DNA of 64,000 nucleotides from Blasia pusilla (Eukaryota): NCBI GenBank assembly GCA_050084515.1, contig CM114271.1, positions 36,766,001 to 36,830,000 of the forward strand, read 5' to 3'. Shown piece by piece: positions 1 to 14,406 of this stretch (position 1 is its first letter; each line of letters starts with the position of its first letter). The notes under the pieces were generated by a model. It saw only the letters and a program-made list of their open reading frames with translations, ran no database searches and was not told where the DNA came from. The position numbers and the translations under genes were made by a program.

Positions 1-684
1 TTGGTGTTCACAACCCAACGCCAACCTCCCAATCCATTCCGTACCCTTGGTTCACTCCATGGCTTCCTAAAGTGGAGCTCGAGTCCCAAGCATCCTTGGA
101 GACCCTCTCCCTACCTTTGGGAAATTACTCTTGAGTTGCTCCTTTTGGCGCTCAACCCAACTGTACTTCCTAAAGTTTTTGGGCAATTTTTCAGTCTCTG
201 TTTATGCCTTTGTCAAGATCTCTGGTGCATTGGAATTGGATTTGCATAAGCTTTACAATTCCATCTTACTTTTCCCAAATACATCCTAAATCTGACCGTT
301 ACAACCTAAAAAAAGTAAAACCACAAATGCTAGTCAAGTTCCAATCCCAATTCTTATCCTCTTTGGCAACCCACTTGGCTTAGACTCGATTTTTCTCAAG
401 TCTTGGGTTGTATTTGGCCAAGTTTCCCAAGTCGCGACTGTCAACACATGAAACACTCAACCTGACTTGTGTCTTACATCTCATTTCTCCTTCAAGAGAC
501 TCTCTAATGTGTGAGCCTACTAGAGTCCCGATGTTTCGCATCGATGCATGTTTGGTTATGAGGGTCGCAACATGCCTAGCCTATATCAACCCATAGCATG
601 CCCAAAATAGCACGTACAGAGCCTGAAGCAAGTCCGTATAGGGCGTCTAAGTGGGCTAGTCACGGCCTCCACATCGCCATAGGG

Positions 685-1388
685 CTTAATGAGACTCAAT
701 GTGTGATCTTATCTCTCTCTATATAGAGGTACCGATACACTTGCATGGCTGCCCGCAATATTGCAACTAATCTTGCGTTGATCCCTCCGAATAAATTTGA
801 CACTCTCACATCCTCCTCTAGACAGTGCCATAGAATGGATGTGGTATCCAATGGTATCAATATCTCTACTCCAAAAGCTTGACCATTACTCAACTCTATC
901 TACTCCGAGATAAAGGCATGACTCCATGCCTGCCTCACGAGCTCATCTGTGACATACCCCACAATGATGAAAAGATCTCAATACCATAGGAAGAGACACC
1001 CACCGTGGCATGTCTCTCCATGGGACTATCTGCTATTAGGATGTCCTCTACATGTGCGTTCCCCTTCAATTACTCTCCTAGCTAGCTAACACCACCCATG
1101 AATGCTACATATGTGGTTATTGTATCATCACGTGGTGAACCACCTGGTTCCCCAAACCGCAAGTGTAACCGAATCATCTGGCCATCACATGATCGCCACC
1201 CTCACGAATAGGAAATGGTCTCCTCATAAACATCAAGGATGAATCTTAGGGGTTATAACATCATACTCCCTACCAACACATCATATGATTGTGTTAGTAT
1301 CTTAATCAGATGTGTGTGCATCATAACACTATTTGTAGCATGGATAGATGATGTTTTGGCTAGACGTTAATAATTATCTCCTATCGAG
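685..1388 (-). mobile_element. Fragment of the DNMT-carrying Ty3/gypsy family (end of protease region, linker, DNMT motifs I-II)
   Basis: ORF 696..893(-) reads PLDTTSILWHCLEEDVRVSNLFGGINARLVAILRAAMQVYRYLYIERD, homologous to 50131..50505(-). The reverse complement of 1200-1300 matches the post-protease sequence at 4310-4430. Confidence 0.75.
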
Positions 1389-4300
1389 TGTTGTGCGCAT
1401 ACACATCGCTGCAAAACTCAATGTGTTGCATCCCACAAGCAAGTGTTATGTCATTTGTAACCGTTTGGTGCCTCCATTTTTGCATCGTACAGCCGTACCC
1501 GCATCGCACATCAAGGAAATTTGAGTATGGTGAGTTGACAGTAGGAGTTTGTCTTCACAATCGAATATGTCGTACATAGGGAGTATGACTTGCTGACTAT
1601 AGGATTTTGTCTTCACTTATGAGTTGGGGTCGAGGTTTGTAGTTTCTTTTTTGAACAACACCCATATTGTTCGGGTTATTATTCATGTCTTTTGCCTCGC
1701 TTATGAGAGGGAATTATGGATATTCGGTAGTTATTGGGATATTGGAATTTTTGCAAATCATTGATCTATGTGGTTATGGGACATAGACCTATGTCGGATG
1801 TCCAGAGTTATGGGGATGCTGTGTCAATGAGACAATAGTTGATTTACCGCACAACGTTGCTTAACGTCGCACATTCCACATCTTAGTGAGAGGGAGTGTA
1901 GATTAAGTGCCACACAGGTTAGTTCCAAGGGATTGAGAGATTAAGTGCAAGATCGAGAGTTATCGTGTGAGGGAGCGTGAGGGTCATCACAACGTCCTTT
2001 GAAGACTTTGAGAGGCGAGGTGGTGTGCCCAATACTAGCTCTAAAGGTTTTACCCGTGAGGGACTGTCTCGACCTCCTCCTATGTCATCCTCAGATGAGG
2101 GGAAGGACGTAGAGGAGTTGGTTAGTGCATCATCGCACATGGTGAGTGGTCCTACCTCTTAGGTGTACGAGATGGCCGCTCGGGGTAGAGGACCGCCAAG
2201 ATTTTGGGCAGCTATGGGTACTATAGGGTCAAAAGACTTTATTGCAAAGTTTAGTAGTTGGTTTGACTTATAGAGGGTTGAGAACTCTAAAGTTCAACCC
2301 ATTCATAGCATGGAACGGGACGTTCCAACACTAAAAGGGGGTGCCTATGGACGATTACCATCAATTTTCCCAAAGGTTCGCACCCAAGATATATTGAGGC
2401 CTTGAGACTCTACTATGACCCACATTATGTATCATGGACTGAGCCATTTAGTGAGGTTTACTGAGGGGTGGAGTCAAATTGGGGCAGTTGCATAGTTGAG
2501 TCACTTTGTCCTAGGTTCAACCTCGTGGTTGAGTTCTTTGTGGAGTTGCGGAGGAACTGTCGAGGGATACACTGAGAAGTTGCACAGGATCCAAGACTTC
2601 CATAGCCATGAAGGGGAGAGTTTGTAGGTGGCATTTGCTCTTCTGTGGTGTCTAATTAGTGTCACTCAAGGGTGATAGAAGCCCAAGTTATTCACGCATG
2701 GTATGGGATGCTAGAATGAGACATGCGGAGAAGAGTGAGGGTTGCAGTATTTATCATGTGCACCTCACTTACGTTGAGAGATGTTTTTGAGATAGCAGAG
2801 TGCCTTGAGCGCAACATGGCCGAGGAGAGCATAGCGGCTTTGAGTCATACGCGAGAGTAATCATAATTGCTTGCACCACCAGTGCAACAACGTGGATTCC
2901 AAGAGAGAAGTATGGCACCACGATCTCAAGGAGGTTACCGTGAGCATGTGCCACAAAGACCTACTCCATCTTATGCGACGTAGCAGCAAGCGCTATGAGC
3001 TATTTTTGGGGTATATGGTAGAGCCCATCGCCAACAAGGTTCCACTCATTAGGGTAGTGGATGCATGCCTCATCTTGGAGGAGAAGATGGGCCTACACCA
3101 TGAGTATACCAGTGTGACCACTATCAATGCTATGCTCATACATGGGCTAGGTGGTTCCGCTTACATCTTAAGTTACATCCATACCGAGGGCTAGAGAGGG
3201 CACCAAAATGATTGGGCGGTCTCGGTGGGCCTAGAATTGTGTAAGAGGTGGTCTCGTTACGGGATGAGGAGTTGGATTTTCCCATGGGGGTGGTGGATAT
3301 GCCCGCAAAGGAGGTAGAGGTCTGCCACCTTAATGAGTCGAGGGAGACATGGGGCATGAGGCTCGGATGACTTCTTAGATAGATCACTTACAATAACATT
3401 GAGGTTACCCAATTTTGAGTCAATGGTATTGACCTCGTATGGAAAATTCAGAGATATGGAGGATCTTGGTTGGATATGTGGAAGTGCATAGCTTGAGGCA
3501 ACCGCTCTTGTTATGCATGGAGCAGCCGTAGAGTTGGATCCACCAAGAGGGAAAGCCAAGAAACATACTAAGCTTCCTTAGTCTTTTACTTTGTCTGAGG
3601 CAATGAGGACCACATCAATGGATCTTGAATAGAGTTCCCAAAGACTAGATGTTGGTGATGTGCACGCACAATGGGTGATGGGAGAAGCAAGTTCAATGAC
3701 TCATATTGCTGGTGCTTAGAGGGAGTCTGTGTCAGGTACGTTTTTGGGGGCGGCAATTGCTATATATCGCACCCCATGATTTTCAGCTTTGGATGTTACC
3801 ATGTTGGGAGGTATGCCCACGAAGATTTTATGGCTAGAATCTTTTCTATGTGAGCATGCAAATGGTGGCCTACCTCATGTGCAAACCTGCTCTTGGAGCC
3901 TATAGTCGAGCCATCCACCTCATATTCATGGCAAGTTTCGGCTACTAGGATGGCGGAGATGCTTGCTAGACCCGCGATAGAGCATACCATGCTTTCTTTA
4001 GGTGTTTTTTTGTTGGATAAATACGGAGAGATCTTTCATTTTGAGAGTCTAGGAGGTAGAGTGTTTTTTTTGCAGTGCATCTTGTTCGAGGTCTTGTTGG
4101 ATTCGGGAGCGCAACCCCTAATATTGGAGAAGGCGGCGTGTATAAGATTGGGCTTGACGAGGGCTGATGTGGAGCATTTCCCATTAATGATATTGACATC
4201 CTTGGGTGGAGCAATAACCACACAATTTATCACCCAACATGAGGTTGTGGAGGATACAACTAGGACATCCGTCAGATGAGTCCATGGTCAAAGCGAAGGC

Positions 4301-5240
4301 GATAGTGATCGATACCGAGTCCTATGACGTCTTGGTTGGATGAGTAATGTTGTACCCGATGGGATTTTCCTTGGATTACCGGGAGGATTCTACGTCCTAC
4401 AAACTAGGATGGTTTTTTGGCGACGGGCGACTTAGCTTATTACCCGTTGGATTCACAAGTGGTGCCGTCAAGGGACGGGCGTCAAGGGACGGCCAGGAGA
4501 GATGGCCACTCTAGCAGCATTGAATAACACCATCACTTTGAGGGGCATGCCCATGTAGGGGACACACTTGTGCTTGACACTTCTACAGAGAGGAGTGTTA
4601 TGGTAGCCACATGATTCCGTGGAGCAAAGGTCTCATTGTCGGGTTCAAGTGAGGAACTTTGACGGTTGATTTATAAGCACATGCAAATGGACAAAGGCAT
4701 TTGTACTAGAGCATGATGGATTAGAGGAACGCAAGGTAGCCGAGAGTGCTTTGATGACACCATTGGACACCTGATCAATTGTGTGGTGTATCCTAGAGGA
4801 TACACCATACCTATTTGAGTGTTGGATCTCTTTGGGGGGATCATTACTGGATTAGTTTTTATTTTGGAGGAAAGAATGCGTGTGCAATAGTATTTGTGTG
4901 TGGAGCTTGATGAGGTTGCGAGCCGCGTCTCACTTTGACATGTGGCATAATTACACCTCCATTTTCCCAACTTGTTCTCTTCGTCGGACGTACAAGGGTA
5001 TAATAGTTCCCTAACTAGGACATTTCCTTGTTGGGGGACCTAGACTTGGATTGGGTGGAAACCATCGATTTGGTCATTGCGGGCTGGCCATATCATGGCC
5101 AGTGGAGTGTTGGATAAGGTAGCGGTTTAGCGGACACTCGATCCTGGTTTTTTGGGAGATGATGAGGATCTTGCGACACTTGTAAGAACATCACTCTCGT
5201 TCTCCAACATACATTCTAGAGAATATACCAATCTTGGGCC
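1389..5240 (+). mobile_element. 3'-truncated, degenerate Ty3/gypsy copy: short LTR-like 5' region, gag, protease, N-terminal half of DNMT3-like domain
   Basis: Starts with TGTTGTGCGC. 1450-2050 is homologous to 44000-44570. ORF 3893..4279 contains VLLDSGAQPL (aspartic protease). Collinear with the reverse complement of 49960-52690. Many in-frame stops. Confidence 0.85.
4813..5240 (+). pseudogene. Retrotransposon-borne C5 cytosine methyltransferase (DNMT3-like), motifs I-VI, disrupted
   Basis: Manual translation gives VLDLFGGIITGLVFIL (motif I), YLCVELD (motif II), IDLVIAGWPYHGQ (motif IV with Cys>Tyr) and YILENIP (motif VI). Contains stops and a frameshift. Confidence 0.85.
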
Positions 5241-6853
5241 ACTCTTCCCCGAGAGGTCTGTGCCACCTCATTGCCATCATTTCCATCTAGTCCCTTGAAT
5301 GATGGTATGGGCCCAACCTCCCTCACCACCCCATTATACACCTCCCGGACACAAGTGGATACATAGTTTAGGGCCCAATATTCTCTCCAGGCATCAATAT
5401 CTTCTACAGGAACAATCCAAAACTAACGATAATCATCTATTGGAAGTCCCTGTAAATGTTGGAACAAACCCTTCCACGACATGAAAGGTTGAACCACATG
5501 GGGGCTTGCATCTCCTAAAAATCACACCATGTTTCAAATTTGTGATACCTTCAACTTTCAATATTTTGAGGATAGGCAAAAATTTTGTATCAAAAAGAGT
5601 ACAAAAGTCTTCAAGAATGAAGACTCAAGACTATATGGCACTGAAGTTTGTATAAAAGAGGAGTTCTTCAATATTATTTTGGTATAATGGAAGAATAAGG
5701 AGTATTGGAATTGATTACGAAGCTCTTAGGATAAGGCAGAGAGGTGGAACATCAAGGACTTGCCTTGGAGGAGAGGGAAATGAGTTAACGAAGTCTGAAG
5801 ACCAATAGCAAAGCTTGATAAAGACAACAAAGCACGATAAAGTACATGGTAACAAAGTACTTCATTCTTTAAACGAAGTATGAAGTACTTGGAACGAAGA
5901 CGAAGTATGAAGTACTTGGAGCGAAGTGCTTTGTCAATTAAGGAAGAGGAGGAGGTCACGACTTCGCAGTGAAGATGGGACTATCCGCGATTTCAAGCTG
6001 CACACCATTAGAGTAGTCAAGCTAAGAACAGGCGTGACTTTTTGGACCAAGTAGGAAAGTAGGACAGTTAAGACCATCGGATTCCTAGGGATCATAGGGA
6101 GAGTCGAGAGAACTGTAGATTAAAGTAGTTAAAAGATGACAGGAGGTACCTACTCAGCAAGAAGCGCCTCAGATCTTTGGTATTGACACTGTTTGAGCGG
6201 CTATTTAAAGATCATCAAAGTAGTTCCTAGTATCTTTCTCTTACGACATCTTTATGCTGTAGGAATGGTGCGAGCAAGGGAGTCCTACCTTCTCGCACTT
6301 GTAAATACTTTGAAGCCTTCTTGTTATCGATGGAATAGTAAAGAACCCATTTCTTCATTCCGATGTGCAGTGTATATGCATGAGTAATCTTATTGGGTCT
6401 GCGGAGTGAGGAGTGGATTGGGAGATCAGCTTTCACCAACAATGAGATGTGAAAAATCTGTTTAACACAGAGTAGCCTGCCACAACGGATTGGGTTCCAA
6501 GAGTAGGAGAAGCCATCTCGTTGCTCAGATCTTTGTTAGGTTCTTTGGTGTTGAGTGAGGATCTACTTGAGTGTTCGTTCGATTCCACTTGAGAGAACAG
6601 ATTGGAGGGAAATCTCGATACTTGTGAGAAGAAGAATGACATGATGAATGTTTGAATCCGACTTGTATACTCATAATTATAAGCTTTACATTATAACAAC
6701 ACACATGAAGCTCTCTTTTCAGATAATAGTGATCTTCTCGGGAATCAAACTTCACAAATATTCATAAAAGGATCATTTTCTATTATCTTTGTACATTACA
6801 TAAATCTTGGATTCAAGTACCGTGATCAATGGTGCCTACTACACCCAGAAAAT

Positions 6854-7043
6854 GGGGGTCGCACACAAACAAAGTTTGTGATTGTGGACATGTCCATGTC
6901 TATCCCTACGATGGACATGTCCATGTCCATAGAATTATATTCGTCGCTAGGACGAACATGTTCATGTGGGCAAGGTCACCTGCGGCCCATACTAGATGTC
7001 CGAGCGGCATGTCCATGGACATATTCGTTACTCTACAACCTTG
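6854..7043. mobile_element. Degenerate short copy of hAT-like MITE family
   Basis: Right end TACAACCTTG, repeated GGACATGTCC motifs, and flanks CAGAAAAT/CAAGAAAT (imperfect 8-bp TSD). Left TIR is poorly preserved. Confidence 0.5.
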
Positions 7044-10000
7044 CAAGAAATGATGCATATCTTGATGGCTCATATTGTTCGTCTCTCTCCACGTGTCCCT
7101 ATCTCTATCTGCAATCTTGTTACTAGATCCGTTGTCTAATGAGGATAATCCAACCATTGATAGAAGTTAGGATGGCTCCTCACTCAAAACCCCTCGATAC
7201 CTCACTCCACTCCGTGTAATATCACTACCACTGCTTAAAATACCCTATTATTTTGATCCCCGAAAGAATTTTGTGATGAAAACCTTGCCTCATATGCTCA
7301 AGCATTTAGAATCATCAAGAATTTCTCCCACTCACTAACTTGCCTATGCTAATGCTAGCCCCATAACAACACACCTTGCCTCATAAATATTCAATCACTC
7401 GAACTTACCTGGACCCTCCCGTACTAGCTCACCTTAACTATTCACAACCTTGACTCATACACACAACCCCTAATCAAGCAATCGCCCTATATCCACAAAC
7501 ATGCAACATGCGCAAAGAGTCTACACTCAAGAACAGTGCTACATCCATCTAGCACAAGTTCTACCTGATACCCAATACCCTCAATTACACAAAAGAATTG
7601 GGGGAAGAGGGACTTGAATGGGTGACTTGAACATGCTCGCCATCACTCAAATGTACAATCAACATTGATTGCTCCATGTGATGTGGCAACCTCCGCAACA
7701 TGACAATCTCACGGAAGAGCAAGTTGATTCTTCTACCATTGGACGTAGATAAACCTTCGGCATAAGCGCATGTGTCCACACCTCTAGCAATCTATTGCAA
7801 ACCCTCATCACGGATCATCCATATGGACCCCAATTGACGTGATAACTAGTGAGTCAAAAATCCGTCAACAACTCTTGGTGGACTCAAAAATCTCTCCCAG
7901 TGGGCCAACTTTATGACCATGGCATTTACCACACTAATTTCCCAACCCCATCAAGCTCTTGATAGACTAGGTAGCTAGGCTACAAAAACTTCTAGCTCGC
8001 CCTAATCTTGCTCTGACGGTTATGCAATCATGCGTGCCTACTCATTTGCTTGAATATTCTGTCCATTGCACAACTAGTGGAGCTTTGTCGACCCACATTC
8101 AGGCTTCCATCTTGAGCCACAAATTTGTGTCTCTCTTTCAAGCTTGCCACCCTATGTGACTAGTGTGCTCTCTCTTCACTTGATGGCCTTGACTAGCCTC
8201 TTGGACTATGGCTCCTTGCCTTCAAGTTTGATGTAGCTTCCTATGCTACCTGACCCAGCTTCGTAAGCCCGTACACGTCTTCCCACAATCCTACCCAGTT
8301 CCATCCTCTTTCACTCGCTTCCATTTTACCTCCATCCCACCAATTTCTTGGATGGCCTTACCTCGAGCCGGCACTCCGAAGTCTTAATGCAACCCCTTAA
8401 GGAGTTACCATTTAGTCCTAGCCTCTTAAGTGTCTAGCCAGCTTATGTTGCTCTTGCTTGGTCTCCATCCATTTGACCTGCATTTCCGGTTTGACTCTCC
8501 TCGACTAGCTTGTCTCAACCCTATATCCACATGGCTCTAGGAGCCTTCCCTCCCCTCTTGAACCTCCATAGAATCAACATTGAGGCATCCTCTCACCTCT
8601 CCCTATGCACATGGCCCTTGCTTTTTCTCTCTTTGGATTTCTGACCCATTTAGATGTGACTCTCTCCTTGCTAGTGAATCTTCTCCACCCTTGCCTCTTT
8701 TTCATATAAAATCAAAGTAAAAATGGCTCACATGGTGAACTCCACTCTTGAATCTACACTTGATATCAAGGAAAATCCCTTTGCCATGAGGAAATCTAGA
8801 CTCTAACACTCAAGCTCCTACTACACACTGTGCAAGAGAAGTGCTCTAAAGGCTCAACATGAGAAATATGGCTTGTGAAAGACCTCTCTCCCTCTCTTAT
8901 ACCCTTGGGAAGAGGCCAAATCTCTTCCCCCCAAAATGACCCTCCAAATAGTAATACACGCATAAAGTTACGGGGTGATGCTTACCTCGACCAAGAGGTC
9001 TCCTAGCCAAAAATAGCAAAGAGGGAAATTGTGAGAAAGGATGGTCCAAATACAATGGACGTGTTGCCAAACTCATCGAACAGCTTAGGAAAAAGTTACA
9101 TCCAAACGGCCTATTGATCGTGTATGTCGTCGACACAAGAGGACCCTATCTTCTGTCTTACTAAGATGTGACAATGCTCCCAATATTCGTACAAACCCTA
9201 CTACCACATCAAGTACCCAATACCCAAAAATCCTTCACATATGCATGGCAAAAGACCAACATGGGTAACCTGAACACAAATTTCATGTTGCTTCTCAACA
9301 ATAACAAACTGGACCCCAACTCGATCGTAAAGACAAACTCCTCCAATCAGCAAGACGTGCTCCCGGATGTTGACGGTACTCACTCCTCGAGGGCATGGTA
9401 CTAAAATTGCATCATGGAATGGCGTCAAATGGCATGACACTTACTGAAAAGATGTTACAAGCAACTACATCCCCCCCCCCTTTGTGCTTTACGTCTCAAC
9501 GTTGGTATAAATTGCGATTTAGATAGTACAACACGACCATAAGCGTCATGATATTGCAATCAAGAGTGCATTATGGCTATGGAAATCACGACACAATACT
9601 CGATTGACGTCTACCAACTACCAATCACTGGGCATAGCAAGAAAAAACTCAAAACTCAACCTCATCAGCCAATAGATGATTGAACATCATTGGCTGGTTC
9701 TTCCAATCAGTCGGTGCGTAGCGCTCAAAGATGAGATGACTGCACTACTCTTGAGAATGCCAAAAATATTCACTATTGTTCTATGACTCCACATTGAAGC
9801 TTGTTCACTGAGCATGTAAGGTCAATGGAAAAAATGCACAGACCTCGAGTGAGTCGGAGGGATGGAAATCTCGAGAGAGACATAGCTACGCATATTTATG
9901 GGGCTTTTGACCATATTACCATGCTCATTCATCCTCCACTTGTGATATGATTTTATGTCGTCATTGCCGTCCTTCTGACTCACTCGATGTCCATGCATTC

Positions 10001-12678
10001 TTGCTAAAGCCCCTTTCAAGACGTGTAGATATGTCATAGTGTGCTACTATGAGCACTCTTGAGAACCATTGAATAGGGAATATGGTCCCCAAATTGTAAA
10101 ACCAGTGAACAACCAACAAGCTCCCACATTGTAGATCTCTCATTTCTTCATTCTCTCTTTATAAAAAAAAAAAACTCCAATTTATCACATAATCTCCATC
10201 CGTCTCTTATCAAACCAAACACACTCTTCCAACAAAAGGCTTAGATTACTTGTAAGGTGAGGAGGACCATATCTTTGTCATCTCATGCTAAGAGGTTAAA
10301 AAAAAGTGTGAGCTCGAAAATTATCTCTCTTTGGGTATGCCCCTTCCCTATTCTGAGCTCTTCCTACGATAACCTAAGCTCGCATATTATCTTGATCCTT
10401 GGCTCTTGACCTACTCTATTGTAGGGGGTCAAGTGCCGCTTCTCAAAGTAGAAAGTTGACTATGTCCCTAATAAGAACCTACTTATTTCATCAATATAGC
10501 TCGAAATAAGCCAGAACTTAGTGGAAACCTACTTTCTTAGGTTATCTAAGGCCTCAATATATAGGTCAACCTTGACCTCCCCAAAGGCCCCTTATATATA
10601 CTAGTTGATCCATCCTAAAAGACATGGTGGAGATAAGTCGATGATTCTTGAGGAAGTGGTGAATATATGTTTTCATGAAAGTATCAAAAGATATATGTAA
10701 GTGCCTAAAAATGTCCATTTCAAATTAAGAGAATAAACCTATGGATCACATGCCTCACCGCATAACTTATTTTTACTAATGCATAGATCATGCAACCTTT
10801 AGTATGGGCAACACGACTCACCAAGTCAGAACGTGTTGGATTAAACAACCCCCACATCATCCAATACATGAAAGCCATCTCATGACATAACAAGATTTGA
10901 GGCTTTGACATAGGTTTCTTGTATCGTATCAGGTAGGACATGTAGATGCTCTTGCTTTACGGTGTATCATGTACATGTAGAGCTACTGATGCTATTGCTT
11001 CTCTGATCACATGATGAGTTGTTGTTCTTTCTCCATCATATGTATATCAAAGAATGTGCATATGGTGATAACCTTTGCATCAAGAGGCTCCCCGAGTACA
11101 AAATTCCACATGCCTAGAAGAGAACAATAAAAAACTCCAAGGCTTAACCAAAACCCAACTCCCCAAAAAATGGGTTGATGCAAATGCAATTGTGGAGGAA
11201 AGCTTGTCATAAAGCCTATAAATCATCATGTCCCTCGAATATATTTGGACCAAGAAGTTGACCAAAATTTTCCATGATAAAACTATCAAAAAGATGCCAA
11301 CCAATGTAAGAACTCTAAAGTGGGAGGAAAAGTAGGGAGAAGGTAGGAAGGATGTCAAAGAAAAAATGGGGAGAGAATCCCATAAACTACTTGGGGATCT
11401 CTTATCCGAGATAACAAATGAAGCCATTCTACATCTTTCAAAAAGACCTCATCCAAGAACTTGCATACATAGTCTATGAAGTTATGAATATAGTGTGGGT
11501 ATTATCAACCAAAAAATGGAAAAGACAAGAAGACTAATGTTGGAAGGGCGTAAAAATGTGTAATGGAAAATAGTGGGTCATCCATGGGATCACCTTGATG
11601 TATACCGTATGTTGATCATAGAATATTGTATTCTTTGGAAATATTATGTTGAGAATACATAATGCATGTGGGCGTATCACATGTAACGAAGAAGCGAATA
11701 AATGGAATAAGACTTGCTAGTTGTCTTCTTGGAGAGTATACATAACTCCTCAGATATGGCCATACAAGAAATTCAATTGAATGCATTAGCCACAAATCTT
11801 AAGTCACTACCCAATTAAGATGAATATCAAGAGTAGAGTATATTCCATGAACTATTTCCTCTCACAACCAATAGGGGTGGAAAACCCAAATTGATATAGA
11901 TGTGGCAAGAAACCCAAATTGATATAAAGTGGGGATGAAATTGGAAGTAGAGGAATTGACTAACCAAGCGATGAAAAACCTCCTTAATAACCAAAAGGTG
12001 AACATCAGAAGGAGAATTATCTATAGGGAATAAATAACATGCCCTCAAGAGCCTAGAGACACCATATGAAAATAGACATGAATTATGTGCCCAAAAATCA
12101 TGCATAATGCTCCGCATGATGACAAGTAGGGAGTATGACAAGGAGTGAGAAGAAATGCCCACGTGAAGCCTCCAAGTCAAGTTCTAAGTTAAGATCCATT
12201 GTGCAGTATTCCATGAAAGATGGTGCATCACCACTTGAAGGAGGATGAAGTGCTTCTAAGAATACCATTATGTCTGCACTTGGAACATTTAGAGAGAAAA
12301 GTACAAATTCCCACGCCGCATGTGAAAACTCGCCAACTTGCCCCAAAAGTAGGCTACTTTGAAGGTATTGTTGTATTGAAGGCCTCCCATAAGTGGCATG
12401 AGCCACCGCTAAGTCCTTTTCTTGAAGAAAATGCTCATTCTCAAAATTCTTCCAATCCCCAAATATAAAGTGCTAAATACACAAGGAGGTTTTTTTTGGC
12501 AATGATCTGTCGTATTTCCTATTGGATGAAAATCTAAGGCCCATAAGGGGAAGAGTAATAGGAGATACAAGCATTGAAATCTCTAGGATCACACGCTAAT
12601 CTTTCTTATAGAAAAATTTCTTATTGTGTGATGGAGCAAAGAGCAATAAGAAAACATGTGTAGAGTCTAGGACAAGGG

Positions 12679-13041
12679 AAGTGTTGCACACGTACAAAGT
12701 CCATGTCAGTCCTAAAGACAAACATGCCCGTGCGGGCCAAGGTACGCGCGGCCCGCACCGAAGCCCGTCCTTGAGCCTACCAAGCCGATGCATGGACCTA
12801 GGCTGATCGAGGCCGCACTCGCACGAGCCTAGGCATGGGCCCGGTGTGGCCTCAGCCGCGGGTCTTATGAAGGCTTGAGCCCGCCCAATGGGGGCCCAAC
12901 GCGCCCTACGAGCTTGGCTATGGGCTTGCTGCGGGCTGCGCGCAGCAGGTCCATACGGCGTGGCAGGCCCATTCTATTTTAGATACATGTTGTACATACC
13001 AGAGCGGCATGCCCAAACTTGTCCATTTATGTGCATCCTTG
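12679..13041. mobile_element. hAT-like MITE
   Basis: Ends AAGTGTTGCA...TGCATCCTTG with a perfect 8-bp TSD GACAAGGG (12671-12678 and 13042-13049). GC-rich core resembles 25832-26248. Confidence 0.8.
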
Positions 13042-13549
13042 GACAAGGGAGACCGAGATAGAAAGAGTGACAGTTTCCAATTTTTCTTAACACTGTTTGA
13101 GCAATTGTTGTAGGGATTGTAGTAGGAGGTGGAACCGGGTTAGGGATTGAACGCATATACATGGATCAATACTCAATAATATCTCATATGTCTCTCGATC
13201 TGAATGGGAGAAAACCCTTAACCAGAGGGTATGCAACCATTCCTGTGCATAGATGTAGAAGAAGAAGGGTTAAAAGGGTAGGGTGTGGAAGATGAATGAG
13301 GCGATGATGGATGATGATGTGCGGGTAAGTAAGTTAGGGAAGTAATCGGAGGAAGAGGATGCATTAGAGTAAAAAAGAGGGAAGTTGGAAGCAAGGGTTC
13401 TATTGAGATATGTGAGCATGAAAAAAGTTACAAAGTACTAAGATTTGGTAGCGATGGATTAAAATTATGATAAATGGGAAGATATAAAGAGGGGATAAGA
13501 GGAGGATAGGGAAATATTTAGAGAGTGTATAAGTATTAAGAAGAAAATG

Positions 13550-13859
13550 CAAGATTGCATATGGATAAAGTCCATGTCCACGGACATATCCATGAATTTA
13601 TGCCTGTCCTATAGAATGACTTTTCCATATGGGCCCCACCTTCCCCTTTCTTTTCCTCCATCCCACTCGCCTAAATGGTATGTGTTTATTCACTTATTCC
13701 TTCCCCCCACCTCCACTCCCTCACCTCTTGCCGCCCTACCCGTACCTACCCTACAATCCCTACCTCCCACCATGAGCAATAAGTATGGACCCCACCTCTA
13801 GCAATGCATGTTTGTCTTAGACTCTTAGGGAGGGACTTGTCCATTTCTTTGCAACCATG
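13550..13859. mobile_element. hAT-like MITE
   Basis: TIRs CAAGATTGCA...TGCAACCATG with a perfect 8-bp TSD AGAAAATG (13542-13549 and 13860-13867). Homologous to 27357-27674 and 58330-58683. Confidence 0.85.
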
Positions 13860-13953
13860 AGAAAATGGTGAGATCTACAATGATCACAGGAACCAGAGAA
13901 GACGTGAAGACTCAAGGGTGGTGTGTAGAATAATATAAGCGAGGAGATGGATT

Positions 13954-14377
13954 TGTGAGATAACAGAAAGTGACAAAATCACTGAAATCTTTAAAAAACT
14001 TAGAGATATAAAGTGGCCTAGTCCGTCCGTGCGCTCACAGAAGAGCTTCGATGGAACCTGAACTGGAAGATAACTCGACATACGAGAATGCGCTACCGCT
14101 GCGGCTCTCGACTATTTGACTACTTGGGAAAACTAGGGTTTTTACCTATTTTTCTTCGTTTCTATTAATAGAAATTTTTTGCATTGCATCAGGGTAAAAA
14201 CCCTAGTGCAATATAGGGTTAGATAAACCTAGTAACGCTACTCCGTAAATGACCCACGTCATATTACTATGACTCCTTCGACGTCTAAGTCGGAACCATC
14301 GATCTAGGCTTCTCTTCATAAAAAGGGGGCCGATCATATCAATGGTGCTCAGAGGAGTGGATGTTGAGAATCCAACA
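13954..14377 (-). repeat. Copia LTR (3' LTR of element A)
   Basis: TG...CA bounded, adjacent to the PPT, preceded by GGATT (13949-13953), and similar to the three other LTR copies. Confidence 0.95.
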
Positions 14378-14406
14378 CCCCCCCTCAATATCCACTCTCA
14401 TGTGGA

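Noticed and set aside
5500-12600. Probable further decayed LTR-retrotransposon remains (LTR-like 5650-6830 and 8700-9460, faint protease-like trace near 7850 on -)
   Set aside because: Too degenerate to assign boundaries or domains by eye.
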